Shown here: piece after piece, positions 34,809 through 45,200 of the stretch | How the letters are laid out: every line of letters begins with the position of its first letter | How positions within the stretch are numbered: the stretch's first letter is position 1 | Origin: a virus | Taxonomy: Duplodnaviria; Caudoviricetes | DNA: 57,480 nucleotides | IMG/VR virus record: IMGVR_UViG_3300046534_000186 | Location: 1-57,480 of that record | Strand: one strand, 5' to 3' | The notes under the pieces: generated by a model | Databases searched by the model: none | What the model saw: the letters and a program-made list of their open reading frames with translations, nothing else | Told to the model about the DNA's origin: nothing | Program-made: the position numbers and the translations under genes

Positions 34809-35859
34809 ATGTCTACTAGTTGATGAAGCCTTAATAGGTGTACAACTAGAAGATAGAATAAGTGTACCTACAAAGCGAACCATGACTGATGCAGGACAAA
34901 TGCTCGTACCATGTAAGTTTGCCCGTACAGGAGCACAGCTATACACTGCTAAACAGTTAGGTCTAGTAGATGTAGACCCAAGTAAAATTATAACAGTAAT
35001 GCGCGAAGCTTCTGATGTGTTTGATACAGCATCTATTGAGAGCTTTCGTAGTTCGCCTGTAACTGTAGGACATCCATTAAATGACGATGGAACTCCCAAA
35101 GCTGTCTCTGCTGAAAATGCAAAAGATTTACAAATGGGTATGCTTGAAGGAATGCCTGTTGTTGATGAAGACACCCTTGGTGGTGTTCTAGTTATCACAG
35201 CTCAACAAGCTATTGATGCAATCGAAGAAGGCACACAAGAGTTGTCAGCAGGTTACACTTGCGACATAGAAATGATTGGTGATAAATACTTCCAACGAAA
35301 CATTCGTGCCAACCATATTGCAATTGTGTCTAAAGGACGAGCTGGTGCTTCGTGCAGAATCTCTGATGAAGCGGGTTTGCTTATTGAAGATCAATTCCAA
35401 ACTAACCAAGCAGAACTAGCTAGCACCTTACTATTGGTGGCAGACGCTGAAGCTAGAGTATCAGCCTCTGAAAAAGTTGTAGCTGAGATGCTAGTGGATA
35501 TAGGTAAGCTTGAAAATAGTTTGGCAGATGCACAGCTAGCCGCTACTCAAGGTGTAGTAGAACGGTGCAGTGCTATAGAAAACGCTAGGTTAATTGCAGA
35601 TATGCGTGACCTAGGGGACAAATCTGTTGCAGAGATTGAGCGTATGGTTGTTGAAGACCAAATGCAAGATAAGGATCTTAGCAGCAAAAGTGAAGCTTAT
35701 ATTTCAGCTATGTTTGAAATCTTAGTGGATGCCTCTAAGGGGGAAACACCCATGAGCAAATTACTTAAAACAGTGGCAGTAGCTGATACAGTTGTCATAC
35801 CTAAAGCTGTAGATAAAGTAGAACAAGCTCGACAAGCTTCTATTAAACGTAACAAATAG
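34792..35859 (+). CDS. Prohead protease/scaffold (DUF2213-like)
   Basis: ARTG.Q.Y, PVT.GHP, ELSAGY, NHIAIV..GRAG; C-terminal coiled-coil scaffold. Confidence 0.88.
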   Translation: MLKAHKCLLVDEALIGVQLEDRISVPTKRTMTDAGQMLVPCKFARTGAQLYTAKQLGLVDVDPSKIITVMREASDVFDTASIESFRSSPVTVGHPLNDDGTPKAVSAENAKDLQMGMLEGMPVVDEDTLGGVLVITAQQAIDAIEEGTQELSAGYTCDIEMIGDKYFQRNIRANHIAIVSKGRAGASCRISDEAGLLIEDQFQTNQAELASTLLLVADAEARVSASEKVVAEMLVDIGKLENSLADAQLAATQGVVERCSAIENARLIADMRDLGDKSVAEIERMVVEDQMQDKDLSSKSEAYISAMFEILVDASKGETPMSKLLKTVAVADTVVIPKAVDKVEQARQASIKRNK

Positions 35860-35888
35860 AATAACACAACTTTAATTAGGAATATTAA

Positions 35889-36362
35889 ATGACCACTCAA
35901 GCTTTTAACTTATACACTGCAAACGGGTATGCTGGCGACCTTGTAGACTCAGGCCCACGCGTTATCCAAACTGGTATCTTAACCTCTGCTGAAGCTGGCT
36001 TTGGAGTCGCAATGAAACGCGATACATCTGTTGCTCGTGGAGTAGCACTTGGAGGCACAGCTAACGTCTATGCTATTGCTCAACGTGAATACAACCATGA
36101 AGCAGGCACTCGCCCTTCTCCTGGAAACGACACTGTATACAAGCAGACTGAATCAGTATCTTTGATTCGACAAGGCTACTTGTACGCTCTGCTATCTGGA
36201 GCTGTTGCTGTCACTGAAGGTGAGCTACTACACGTAGACCAAGTTACTGGTCTGTTTAGCAAAGATGCTGTTGCTGGTGATGTAGTCGCTACAACTAATG
36301 TATACGCTGATGAGTCTGCCCTAGCTGGTGAAGTCTTCAAGATTCGTATCGACATTAAGTAA
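35889..36362 (+). CDS. Head decoration/cement protein
   Basis: 157 aa between protease and major capsid. Confidence 0.7.
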   Translation: MTTQAFNLYTANGYAGDLVDSGPRVIQTGILTSAEAGFGVAMKRDTSVARGVALGGTANVYAIAQREYNHEAGTRPSPGNDTVYKQTESVSLIRQGYLYALLSGAVAVTEGELLHVDQVTGLFSKDAVAGDVVATTNVYADESALAGEVFKIRIDIK

Positions 36363-36414
36363 GTTTTACTTTATAGGCTATTAAACAGCCTTAAACCAAT
36401 TCTAAGGAAATTAA

Positions 36415-37503
36415 ATGAAGACAGTAAAAGCATATGCTATTAACGATTCCAACCAGCCCTTGGTAGACCAAGAGTTAGTTGATTTCGTGATTAACGACGC
36501 AGTACACCACCTGATCACTGTAGGTCAGTTGAACGATGACGAAGGTGTGTTCTTTCAGCGCCAACTTGAATACATCCAAGCACAAAGCTATGATGTCCTA
36601 TACCCTGAGTTGAAGGGTCGAACCTTGTTCGTAAACAACACAGAAGGCGGCGAAGGTATTGAAACTATTACTTACCGTAGCTATGACAAGCGTGGCGAGA
36701 CTGCCATTATTGCAGGCAAGGCAACTGACCTTCCTCGTGGTGACATCTCAGGTAAAGAGTATAGCATCTCTGTTCGTACTCTAGGTAATGCATTCGGTTA
36801 CTCTCGTCAAGAGATGGCTGCTGCAAGGGTTACTGGTATGCCTTTGGATGCACGTAAAGCTGAAGCTACTCGTAAGTCTTATGAAGAGAAAGTTAATCAG
36901 CTTATCTTCTTTGGATCTCCTGATAACAACCTCCAAGGTTTCTTCCACGGGCCAGTAGGTTCTCCTGCATTGACAGCTTCTCGTACTGCTGTTGCTGGTT
37001 CTGCTGCTTCTGGAGCAACAGCTTGGCGTACAGATAAGACTCCTGATGAAATCATCGCTGACCTTACCACTGCTTTGACAGCAATGTATGCAGATACCTT
37101 GCAGATCTTTAGCCCTGATATGATAATCATGTCTGTAGCTGATAAGAAGCTATTGCAGAATACTCCAAGATCTATTCACTCAGATGTAAGCATCTTAAAT
37201 TGGTTCGTAGCTAACAACGACTTTATTACTTCTGCTGACCAGATTAAAGATGTAAACGAAGTTGCTGGTATCTACCCAACTGTAGCTAACATTGCAAATG
37301 AGATTAAGCCTGGAAATGGTAGTGCTGGTTTTACAGTAGTAGCATCTGGACAAGATAACATGCGTATTCGTGAGCCTTTCCCTTACATCCATTTACCTGT
37401 ACAGCTTAAAGGTTTGGAATTTGAGATTAACTGCTACGGCCGATTCGCTGGCGTAGAGATGATCCGACCTGCTGCTGTTGCTCATTGGCTTGGCATTGGC
37501 TAA
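36415..37503 (+). CDS. Major capsid protein (DUF2184-like)
   Basis: F..QLEYI, DLP, GYSxxE, F.G....GF, GVE..RP; position; followed by a terminator. Confidence 0.9.
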   Translation: MKTVKAYAINDSNQPLVDQELVDFVINDAVHHLITVGQLNDDEGVFFQRQLEYIQAQSYDVLYPELKGRTLFVNNTEGGEGIETITYRSYDKRGETAIIAGKATDLPRGDISGKEYSISVRTLGNAFGYSRQEMAAARVTGMPLDARKAEATRKSYEEKVNQLIFFGSPDNNLQGFFHGPVGSPALTASRTAVAGSAASGATAWRTDKTPDEIIADLTTALTAMYADTLQIFSPDMIIMSVADKKLLQNTPRSIHSDVSILNWFVANNDFITSADQIKDVNEVAGIYPTVANIANEIKPGNGSAGFTVVASGQDNMRIREPFPYIHLPVQLKGLEFEINCYGRFAGVEMIRPAAVAHWLGIG

Positions 37504-37520
37504 TTAGAAGTTAGTTAATT

Positions 37521-37550
37521 AGAGTCCAGTACTAATGTGCTGGACTCTTA
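37521..37550 (+). terminator. Hairpin terminator after the capsid gene
   Basis: AGAGTCCAGTAC-TAAT-GTGCTGGACTCT, short T tail. Confidence 0.6.
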
Positions 37551-37562
37551 TACGGAGAGATT

Positions 37563-37877
37563 ATGATGGAAACCAGATCACCACGCAAGCTATTTAGTAT
37601 GGATGCCATAGTAATGGGGACATTTTTGTCACTCATTGGATGGGGTAGCCTTGAGATTATATCTAACAATGAAGTGTTAGCATCTCTAGTAGAAAAGCAT
37701 GTAGTCATAGATAGAAGTCTCCTAACCATAGCTGAAACTAGTTCAACACTATTAAGGATGGAAGTAAGTCAAGAGTACTTTAGTTCTTCCATAAAGAAAG
37801 ATATTGTTGAAATAAAGAGATCCCTTTCCCTCTTAAATGAAAGGGTACATTTAACATATGATAGAGAACAAAAATGA
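37563..37877 (+). CDS. Membrane-anchored coiled-coil protein
   Basis: N-terminal TM helix followed by a heptad-like region. Confidence 0.6.
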   Translation: MMETRSPRKLFSMDAIVMGTFLSLIGWGSLEIISNNEVLASLVEKHVVIDRSLLTIAETSSTLLRMEVSQEYFSSSIKKDIVEIKRSLSLLNERVHLTYDREQK

Positions 37878-38236
37878 AAATTAAATCAAACCTAGTATTT
37901 AACACATCACTTCTAGCACGACACATTAAGCAAGGTAACAACGGTGACAAAGTAGTTATCGGTGGATCTCAGCCTGAATACATGATTATTCCTGCTGGAT
38001 CTACCATTGAGCTGTCTGACGAAGCATGGAAGAAGTTTGCCAAAGCAGGTGAGCCATTACTAAAGTCAGGTGGTTTAACTATCACTAAAGCTCCTAAGTT
38101 GTCTGATGATGAACAAGCTGATGCTGATGCTAAAGAATTGGCTGAAGCTAAAGTTAATCTTGCTAAACTATCTGAAGCTGCTAAGGCTGCTGAAGTTGCT
38201 AAGGCTGTTGAAGCTGATTCTAAGAAAAGTAAGTAA
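37874..38236 (+). CDS. Hypothetical head-associated protein
   Basis: 120 aa, A/K/E-rich tail, synteny. Confidence 0.65.
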   Translation: MKIKSNLVFNTSLLARHIKQGNNGDKVVIGGSQPEYMIIPAGSTIELSDEAWKKFAKAGEPLLKSGGLTITKAPKLSDDEQADADAKELAEAKVNLAKLSEAAKAAEVAKAVEADSKKSK

Positions 38237-38259
38237 CAACTAACAAACAGGAGTAATTA

Positions 38260-38619
38260 ATGGCTAGTGTAGCAGATTTTAAAGACAGGTTCCCAGAGTT
38301 TGATGATGAAGATGAATTAAGAGTAAAGCTGTTCTTAGATGATGCTGCACTAATTATGTCATCTCCTGCCAAGTGGTTGGACTTTTATGACGTAGCCCAA
38401 ATGTATAGCGCAGCCCACATACTTGTGGTAAGCATACATAGTGAAAGTGGGGACAGTGGGACTTTATCACCTATAAAGCAACAGGAGGTTGATGACGTAG
38501 TTATTAAAAGTGCTATAAGTGATGTGTCACCAACCTTTGATGATATGTACTCTACCTCTTATGGTAAAAGGTATATATCATATAGGCGTAGGTGTTTCTT
38601 AGGGGTAATAGGAGTATAG
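38260..38619 (+). CDS. Head-tail adaptor (DUF4054-like)
   Basis: F..RFPEF, AH, TxYGxRY. Confidence 0.8.
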   Translation: MASVADFKDRFPEFDDEDELRVKLFLDDAALIMSSPAKWLDFYDVAQMYSAAHILVVSIHSESGDSGTLSPIKQQEVDDVVIKSAISDVSPTFDDMYSTSYGKRYISYRRRCFLGVIGV

Positions 38620-38620
38620 T

Positions 38621-38995
38621 ATGGCAATGCAAATGCAAAGAGCCTTTAATGCTAGGATGCTTACTAGGATTACAAAGTACACTCAAGCTGCTGGTAGTTA
38701 TGATGAAAATAACAAGTGGATTGATGGAGCAATAGAGACATTAAAAATATGGGGAGTAGTAAAGTCAGGCAATAGGTTTTCTAAATTCGAGGAAGGCATA
38801 GCTCTTCATAACGAAGATGGAGGAGCACGTTACTCTGACTATAAGACTTTGCATATTACCAATAAATATAGCATAGAGCTTAATGATAAGGTACTCTATA
38901 AAGGAAGTTATTACAGCGTACTACAGCAATCCGATGAATCAATATACGGGTTTACTTCATACATAATAGAGGTATCGGAGAACTGGAAACCATGA
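38621..38995 (+). CDS. Head closure / neck protein
   Basis: Synteny, size, D.V.Y.G..Y.V. Confidence 0.6.
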   Translation: MAMQMQRAFNARMLTRITKYTQAAGSYDENNKWIDGAIETLKIWGVVKSGNRFSKFEEGIALHNEDGGARYSDYKTLHITNKYSIELNDKVLYKGSYYSVLQQSDESIYGFTSYIIEVSENWKP

Positions 38996-39543
38996 GTACT
39001 AACAACGTAATACTTCATGAGTCTGATGTACAAATAATACAGACTTTCATAGATACTATGGTAGGTATACCTAAATACTCCTACCCTGCGCGGCAGAACA
39101 GTGCGCCTAAACCTAAAGGGGACTTTGCGCATATTAGACTGTTAGAAGAGTACCAAGTAGGAATACCTCACACAAAAGTTTTTGCTTCAGATGAAAATAC
39201 TACCACTTACAGGATCTACAGCCCAACAAGGTTGAGGTTCCGTATAGGTCTTGTTGATACTAATGGTCTAGCTTCTGCAAAAATAATGCATAGCTGGACT
39301 ACTGAAGTCATGAGAACTCTAATGATTTCCTCTAAGGTTGGATTTATTAAGTGTGATCCTCTATCAAATGAAAGTGCAAAACTAGAAAAAGAATGGGAGA
39401 CTCGTCAAGGGTTCTCCTTAGAAGTATATAAGACACGCGTATTCGAGGAAGTAGTGAACAACATTACATCTTTATCAATATCAGGAAGTTTTATTTCTGG
39501 TGATAGTACTTACCTTCTCGACTTCGACATTAACAATATCTAA
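38992..39543 (+). CDS. Tail terminator / neck protein
   Basis: Directly before the sheath; QNxxPxP motif. Confidence 0.6.
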   Translation: MSTNNVILHESDVQIIQTFIDTMVGIPKYSYPARQNSAPKPKGDFAHIRLLEEYQVGIPHTKVFASDENTTTYRIYSPTRLRFRIGLVDTNGLASAKIMHSWTTEVMRTLMISSKVGFIKCDPLSNESAKLEKEWETRQGFSLEVYKTRVFEEVVNNITSLSISGSFISGDSTYLLDFDINNI

Positions 39544-39556
39544 CAAAGGAACAATT

Positions 39557-41041
39557 ATGGCGATTGAAATTACTGAATTCACCAATGTCTCTATATCAGT
39601 CTCGCCTGTTGGTGTAGCTGGTGGAAACTTTGGCATCTTAGGATTCCTTACTGTAAACACAGACCTAGCGGTTGCTGGTAAAAGTATTACTCCTGCTGAA
39701 CGAGCTAGGTCTTACACAAGTCTAGCTACTGTAGGTGGCGACTGGCAAGCTGGCTCTGAAGTGTATAAAGCTGCAAATGCTTTCTACGCGCAAACCCCTA
39801 CACCAACAGACTTTACTGTACTTATGTCTTTCGAGACTGCACAGAAAGCTAGCCTGATTGGTGGTGGTACTCTTACTGCTATTGAAATGATAGCTGCCGA
39901 AGGTGCTTGGAGCGATCAAGATTTTACTATGACTATTGATGGAGTAGATGTAATTATCAATGATCTAGCAATATCTGGTGGAGATGCTACTTTTGATGGC
40001 ATTGCTACTGAGCTACAGAGTGCTATCGTAGCAGCAGGCGCGACAGCAACAGTCACGCACAATGGTTATCAGTTTATAGTTACTGGAAACACCTCAGGTT
40101 CTTCTGGGGCAATTACCTTTGCATCAAGTACTGACGCAGCACTAGCCCTTGGCTTAACTGCTTCTTCAGCTAAACTAAGCCAAGGCTTAGACGTTGAGAC
40201 TGCTGTTGAAGGTTTGGCTGCTAATTTAACAGCAGGCAAGGAATGGATTGGATTGGTAACACACCGTAAATTCCGTGACTACACAGGCGGGGCATTTGGC
40301 TCTGGCCAATCTGCGGAAGACATTGGTGTGTGGGCTGAAGGTGCTAAGAAGATATTTTGCAACACCACCAACGACTTAACTACCCTTACCTCTGGTGCGA
40401 CAAACACAGCCAGCGCTATGAAAGGTAGAACTTTGAGATTTTCTCTTACTACCTTTAGCCGTGACGTATTATCTTATCCAAGTGCATCTATCTTTGGTAG
40501 AGCAGCTTCTGTAAACTTTTCAGCTATTGGTAGCACCATTACCCTTAACTTGAAGCAGATGCCTACCGTTGCTTCTGAAGATTTGACTCCTTCTGAATAT
40601 GCTAACATGAAGTCTTACTTCTGTTCAGCCGTAGTACAGATAGGTAAGTCTGTCAATGCCTTTACTGACTCTCGCATGGCCTCCGGTTCATGGCTTGATA
40701 CTACTCATGGTTTGATGTGGTTAGAGAATCGTGCTGAAGTTGATATGTTTAACTTGCTTTATGTGAACAACACTAAGGTTCCTTATACTCAGGTTGGACT
40801 GAATACTGCTATTGGCACTCTTAGACGTAGCTTAGAGGCTGCCGTTCGTAATGGACTGGCAGGCCCAGGCTACCTACCCGATGGTACGTACCTTGCCGAT
40901 GGCTTCTCTATTTCGGCTGTATCTTTAGCGGACACTCCGTCTAGTGATAAAGGTAATCGACTGTACGCTGGCCTTTCTTTTAAGATGGTTGGTGCTGGTG
41001 CATTGCATGAAATTACCGTTTCTGGTAGCTTCTCCGAGTAA
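39557..41041 (+). CDS. Tail sheath protein (DUF3383-like); start revised from 39500
   Basis: AAGGA RBS; Y.AA..F..Q.P.P, TL.LKQ, KVPYT..G, AVRNG, AGALH. Confidence 0.88.
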   Translation: MAIEITEFTNVSISVSPVGVAGGNFGILGFLTVNTDLAVAGKSITPAERARSYTSLATVGGDWQAGSEVYKAANAFYAQTPTPTDFTVLMSFETAQKASLIGGGTLTAIEMIAAEGAWSDQDFTMTIDGVDVIINDLAISGGDATFDGIATELQSAIVAAGATATVTHNGYQFIVTGNTSGSSGAITFASSTDAALALGLTASSAKLSQGLDVETAVEGLAANLTAGKEWIGLVTHRKFRDYTGGAFGSGQSAEDIGVWAEGAKKIFCNTTNDLTTLTSGATNTASAMKGRTLRFSLTTFSRDVLSYPSASIFGRAASVNFSAIGSTITLNLKQMPTVASEDLTPSEYANMKSYFCSAVVQIGKSVNAFTDSRMASGSWLDTTHGLMWLENRAEVDMFNLLYVNNTKVPYTQVGLNTAIGTLRRSLEAAVRNGLAGPGYLPDGTYLADGFSISAVSLADTPSSDKGNRLYAGLSFKMVGAGALHEITVSGSFSE

Positions 41042-41050
41042 TATAACAAA

Positions 41051-41066
41051 AGCCCCTTCGGGGGCT
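41051..41066 (+). terminator. UUCG-tetraloop hairpin between sheath and tube
   Basis: AGCCCC-TTCG-GGGGCT; no U tract. Confidence 0.45.
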
Positions 41067-41080
41067 AACAAGGATAAATT

Positions 41081-41572
41081 ATGTATCAATATAGTTTTGC
41101 TAACGTAGACCTGATTTTAGAAGCAGACTACCCAGGCCGAGATCCTGCTTACCCTGACACGTTCAAGGTTACTGGATTCACAACAGGTGAGAACCTAATT
41201 ACTGCTGTACGTAGAGCGCCTATTGCTACCACCACTTTTGGTGCGTATGGTGATATGGTAGTTAACATGCAACGCATCAGAGCTGGTGACTTATCGTTTC
41301 CAGTCCTAATGAACTCTCCTGAAAATGCCTACCTACAGGATTGGGCTAACTACTTTCAACAGCAAGCTGACGCTGATGGGCAGCTCATTACTCCTATTCA
41401 AGCTTCGCTAGTTGATAACATGGGTAATGATACTGTTAGTATGAAGAATGGTGTAATCCTAGCTATGCCTGCTATGACTCGTGGTCAAACTATGAGCACC
41501 AATACATGGGTAGTTACATTTGAAACCATGAAGATTGATAGAAAACCTGGTGGTGACATCGAAGAACTATAA
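41081..41572 (+). CDS. Tail tube protein
   Basis: Follows the sheath; YSF, G..G, L..SP.N..L, W. Confidence 0.8.
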   Translation: MYQYSFANVDLILEADYPGRDPAYPDTFKVTGFTTGENLITAVRRAPIATTTFGAYGDMVVNMQRIRAGDLSFPVLMNSPENAYLQDWANYFQQQADADGQLITPIQASLVDNMGNDTVSMKNGVILAMPAMTRGQTMSTNTWVVTFETMKIDRKPGGDIEEL

Positions 41573-41600
41573 GTACTAAAGTACTAGTAGTTGACAATGT

Positions 41601-41630
41601 AGTCCCAACCTTATTGGTTGGGGCTTCTTT
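41601..41630 (+). terminator. Rho-independent terminator
   Basis: AGTCCCAACC-TTATT-GGTTGGGGCT-TCTTT. Confidence 0.65.
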
Positions 41631-41648
41631 AATATATGGAGAACTAAG

Positions 41649-42023
41649 TTGAAAGAAAGCTACAAAGGAAACCTGTCCGATGGACGACCAATTTATATTC
41701 CAAGCTGGCCTGCTACAGTTCAGTTTGAAAACTTAACCCAAGTATGTAAATACCTTGGACAAGATAACGTAGTTGAAATATCAGCCCTAAATGTACCAGC
41801 CGCTATGGTTGCCGTCATGGGTTCTGATGATTATAAGGCTAGCACAGACCTAATGATGCACTTCATTAAGCAAGCTAGGTTAGACGGTGAGAAGCTCACT
41901 GAAAAGAATATAGAAGATATGGAAATGGATATCTTAATAGAACTATTTACTCATGTTATGTACTCGCAGTTCAACTCTTTTTTCGTATTAGGTTTAGCAA
42001 AGGTTCCTTACCAGCCCAAGTAG
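41649..42023 (+). CDS. Tail assembly chaperone (G-like)
   Basis: Between tube and tape measure; TTG start with GGAG RBS; slippery site near the 3' end. Confidence 0.8.
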   Translation: MKESYKGNLSDGRPIYIPSWPATVQFENLTQVCKYLGQDNVVEISALNVPAAMVAVMGSDDYKASTDLMMHFIKQARLDGEKLTEKNIEDMEMDILIELFTHVMYSQFNSFFVLGLAKVPYQPK

Positions 42024-42241
42024 GCTCAGGTGACTCAAGTATACCTTTAGACTACAGTGCTATATACCCAGAGCTAAATGGTTACTTGATAAAACCCTTG
42101 CTTGTAAGTCCTCCCATGTGCGTTTTGAGAGAAATACAAGATGGTACATACAGCCTATATGACATAGAGATGATGCACCAGATAATTGAAATTAGACACC
42201 ACCAAGAGAGGCCACCACCTCAACCACCCACCCCACACTAA
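41978..42241 (+). CDS. -1 frameshift extension of the tail chaperone (GT-like)
   Basis: In-frame T-TTT-TTC at 41978-41984; the -1 frame is open for 85 codons (RIRFSKG...LREIQDGTYSLYDIEMMH...) to TAA at 42239-41. Confidence 0.8.
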   Translation, partial: FFRIRFSKGSLPAQVGSGDSSIPLDYSAIYPELNGYLIKPLLVSPPMCVLREIQDGTYSLYDIEMMHQIIEIRHHQERPPPQPPTPH

Positions 42242-42255
42242 GCCTAGGAGTTCCT

Positions 42256-45200
42256 ATGGATGACGATGTAGCAGATCAGACAGAGAGAGAATACTCTGGT
42301 GAAAACGTAGAACAAGACTACACTGGAGGAACTCAAGCTTCATGGAATGAAAGAGGTCTAAGTAATGAAGACTTTGATAACTCTATATCTGGTCAAATGG
42401 ATCTTAGGGAAGAAGGAGATGATCTTGCCGATGCCATTCTTGGTTTAAGTAATGTAGAAGCTAAAGATTCCTTTATAGGAAATGCTGACCTAATAACCTC
42501 AGAGACTAATGAGTTAGAAAGATTCTCTCACATGAGCGAGAGTGTGAAGAAGGCAGCAGTTGAAGTTTTAGAAGCACAAACACAACACTTGTCAGGAAAG
42601 GCTTTGGTAGTTGCTAAAGCATCCTATGAGGCTGCCTTGGGCAAGAGTTCTGACCAATTTATTAAGGGACTAAATGTACAAGCAACCTCCCCTGTAACAA
42701 CATTAGACCCTACATCTTTCTCTATGAAGGCTGTGATGAAAGATGGCAAGATAGTATACAGGGCCGAGCAAAATAGGATTAAGCCATACAGAGACTCCTT
42801 CATAGCACAATCATTAAGTATTGGTTATGATACTGAAGGAAAATTTGACCCAATAGAGTTGGATAGTGGTTATAGTATTACAGGTAATGTAGAGCAAGAT
42901 ATAGGGGAAAACGAAAAGGAAGAACTTATAGAGGTCTTTAACCAAACAAAGTTAATAAACCAACCAAACATAATAGGATCTTTTGAGCCAAAAGCAAGTA
43001 AGCAAGATGTAATGGTTGCTAGGTCTATGCTAGAATCAGTAGAGTCCTACGAGGCTAGGGGGCCAGGATCTCAAGTATCAGGTAACTATGACTCAAATAT
43101 AAAAGTTGGAGTCGGTGGCAGCATAGAAGGGTTTTATGATGATGCTTTCGATAAGAATAGTGAGGAAGACAAGAAACTTAATAGAGGCTCTAAAGATAAA
43201 AGAGTAAAAGCTGATCTAGATTTTGCTTTAGCTATGGCTAACATTAGTGACCTTGCCGAACTGTATATAGACCCTAGAGCAAAAGGTGGGGAGATGTATG
43301 GTAAGCAGAAGGCAGCAGTAGAACTTGCGCTAATAAAAAGGTTTATTGATGGTCAAATGTCTGACGAAGCTAAGTCTATTCTACCACTTCCAAATGAGAC
43401 TGGAGTAACTGGACTAAGAGTCACTAGAGGATCTATAGGAGGACAACAAGGAACACCATTTACTCGGCTGGAGTTTGGCTTAGAAGCAAATAAAAGAGGT
43501 TGGACTCCTGAAGGTAAGTACCTAAAAGAAGGTGAAGAGAATCCTTATTGGAGATACTTAGGTACTGTTGGACAAAGCCTATTTCCTAAGAAGTTTGTTA
43601 AAGATGAATTTGGTGAAGAAGATGTTGAGGCTAATGCACTTAACACCAGAACCAGAAAGTATGAAGAGCAAGTGGCTTTAGACAAAGCTAGGGCTACTCG
43701 TAAGATACTTCTTGAGCAAATGCCAACCTTAAGAGATGAAACTGCTGGACAGTCCAGAACTCCAGGGTTTGATAAACCTTATGGAGATCAAGAAAATATT
43801 CAGCACATACTAGATAAAGTATTTGGTTCAGGTGAAGACTTAAAAGAGTTTACAGGTGACAATGGTTCAGAAATAAAAGAAGCCATTGAAGCAGGTAATG
43901 AAGCAATAGAGAGAGAACTTAACCTACCTATGAAAGATTTTGTAGGTCCAAGCAATTTGGAAGGTATAGAACAACGTACACCTGCATGGTACAAGGCTAG
44001 GGAAAACTTAATCACAGCATCAAAACTTACTAGTACTAGTGGTCAGTTACTAGACGCCGAAGGTATGGCTGCTCAGTTAGCTTTAGAAAAGTATGCTAAG
44101 ACCGACCCAGAATTAGCCAAAGAAATAGAGTTCATTGGTAACTCCCATGTAATAGATGGACAAAAGGGTGAGAAGCTAGCCCTTAAAGAATTCTTAATGA
44201 TGCAGAAGACTGAGGGAGATGAGCTTACTCATACTGAAGTAGGTTTGTTGCAGGCTGAAGAGATGCCAGGATTTGGTGCTTCTCCAGATGGTAGGCTTAG
44301 AGATCTTGAAGGTAATAACAGGGGCTTACTAGAACTAAAGTACTTAACTTCTGGCTCTATGAAAGGTGCCTTAAAGAAGTATACTCCACAGATGCAATTG
44401 CAGATGGCTGTTACTGGAGAAAAAGAAACAAACTTCTTTGCTCTTGATAAGTATACAGGAGAGTCTATACATGAAGTAGTGAAAGCTGACCCAGATATGC
44501 AAGCTGAAATACTTGAAGTAGGAAAACAAGCTTTAGAGATGTCAAAAACCTTAACTAAAGAGGAGGCTATAGAAATGAAGAAACAAACAAAAGCACAAAG
44601 AAGAAAGTCTAACCTTGAAGAAAGGAATGAGACAGGTAAAGGTCAAGAAAGTTCCTACGAAGCTAAAGATTATACAGACAATGAAGCCACTTCTTTTAAT
44701 GCAAATGAAGTAAACGAATCAAAAGAAAAGACTTTTAAGCGAGATAAGGCTAAGGCTTTAAATAGAGATTTTGAATCTATAGCTGCTATGAAAGAATTTG
44801 ATCAGTCTATTACCGAAGCTTCGGAAGCTGCTAAGAAGGAAGCTGCTAATAATAAAGCAGCAGCTAGAGCAACCAAGGACAGAGAAAATGCAGACAGGGA
44901 CGCAGCCAAAGCTACCCAGAAACTAAGGGATGCAGCAATAGGCGCAGCTAAGAGCCTGTTAGGTATAGTACTAAGTGCTAAAGATTCTGCTATGGACACT
45001 ATAAACTTAGCTCGTAGAAATGGATTTGATGAGGATGCAGTAAGAGGTCAAGAGTTTGCTATGGTTGCTGAAGGTGGAATACCTTTAAACGTAGCTAAAA
45101 GCGCAATAGATAATGCTGGGTCAACTCTAAGAAAGCTAAGGACTGGATCTACAGCAGGAGCTGAGCTGAGAAGGATGAACACTCAGTATGGGTCTACTCC

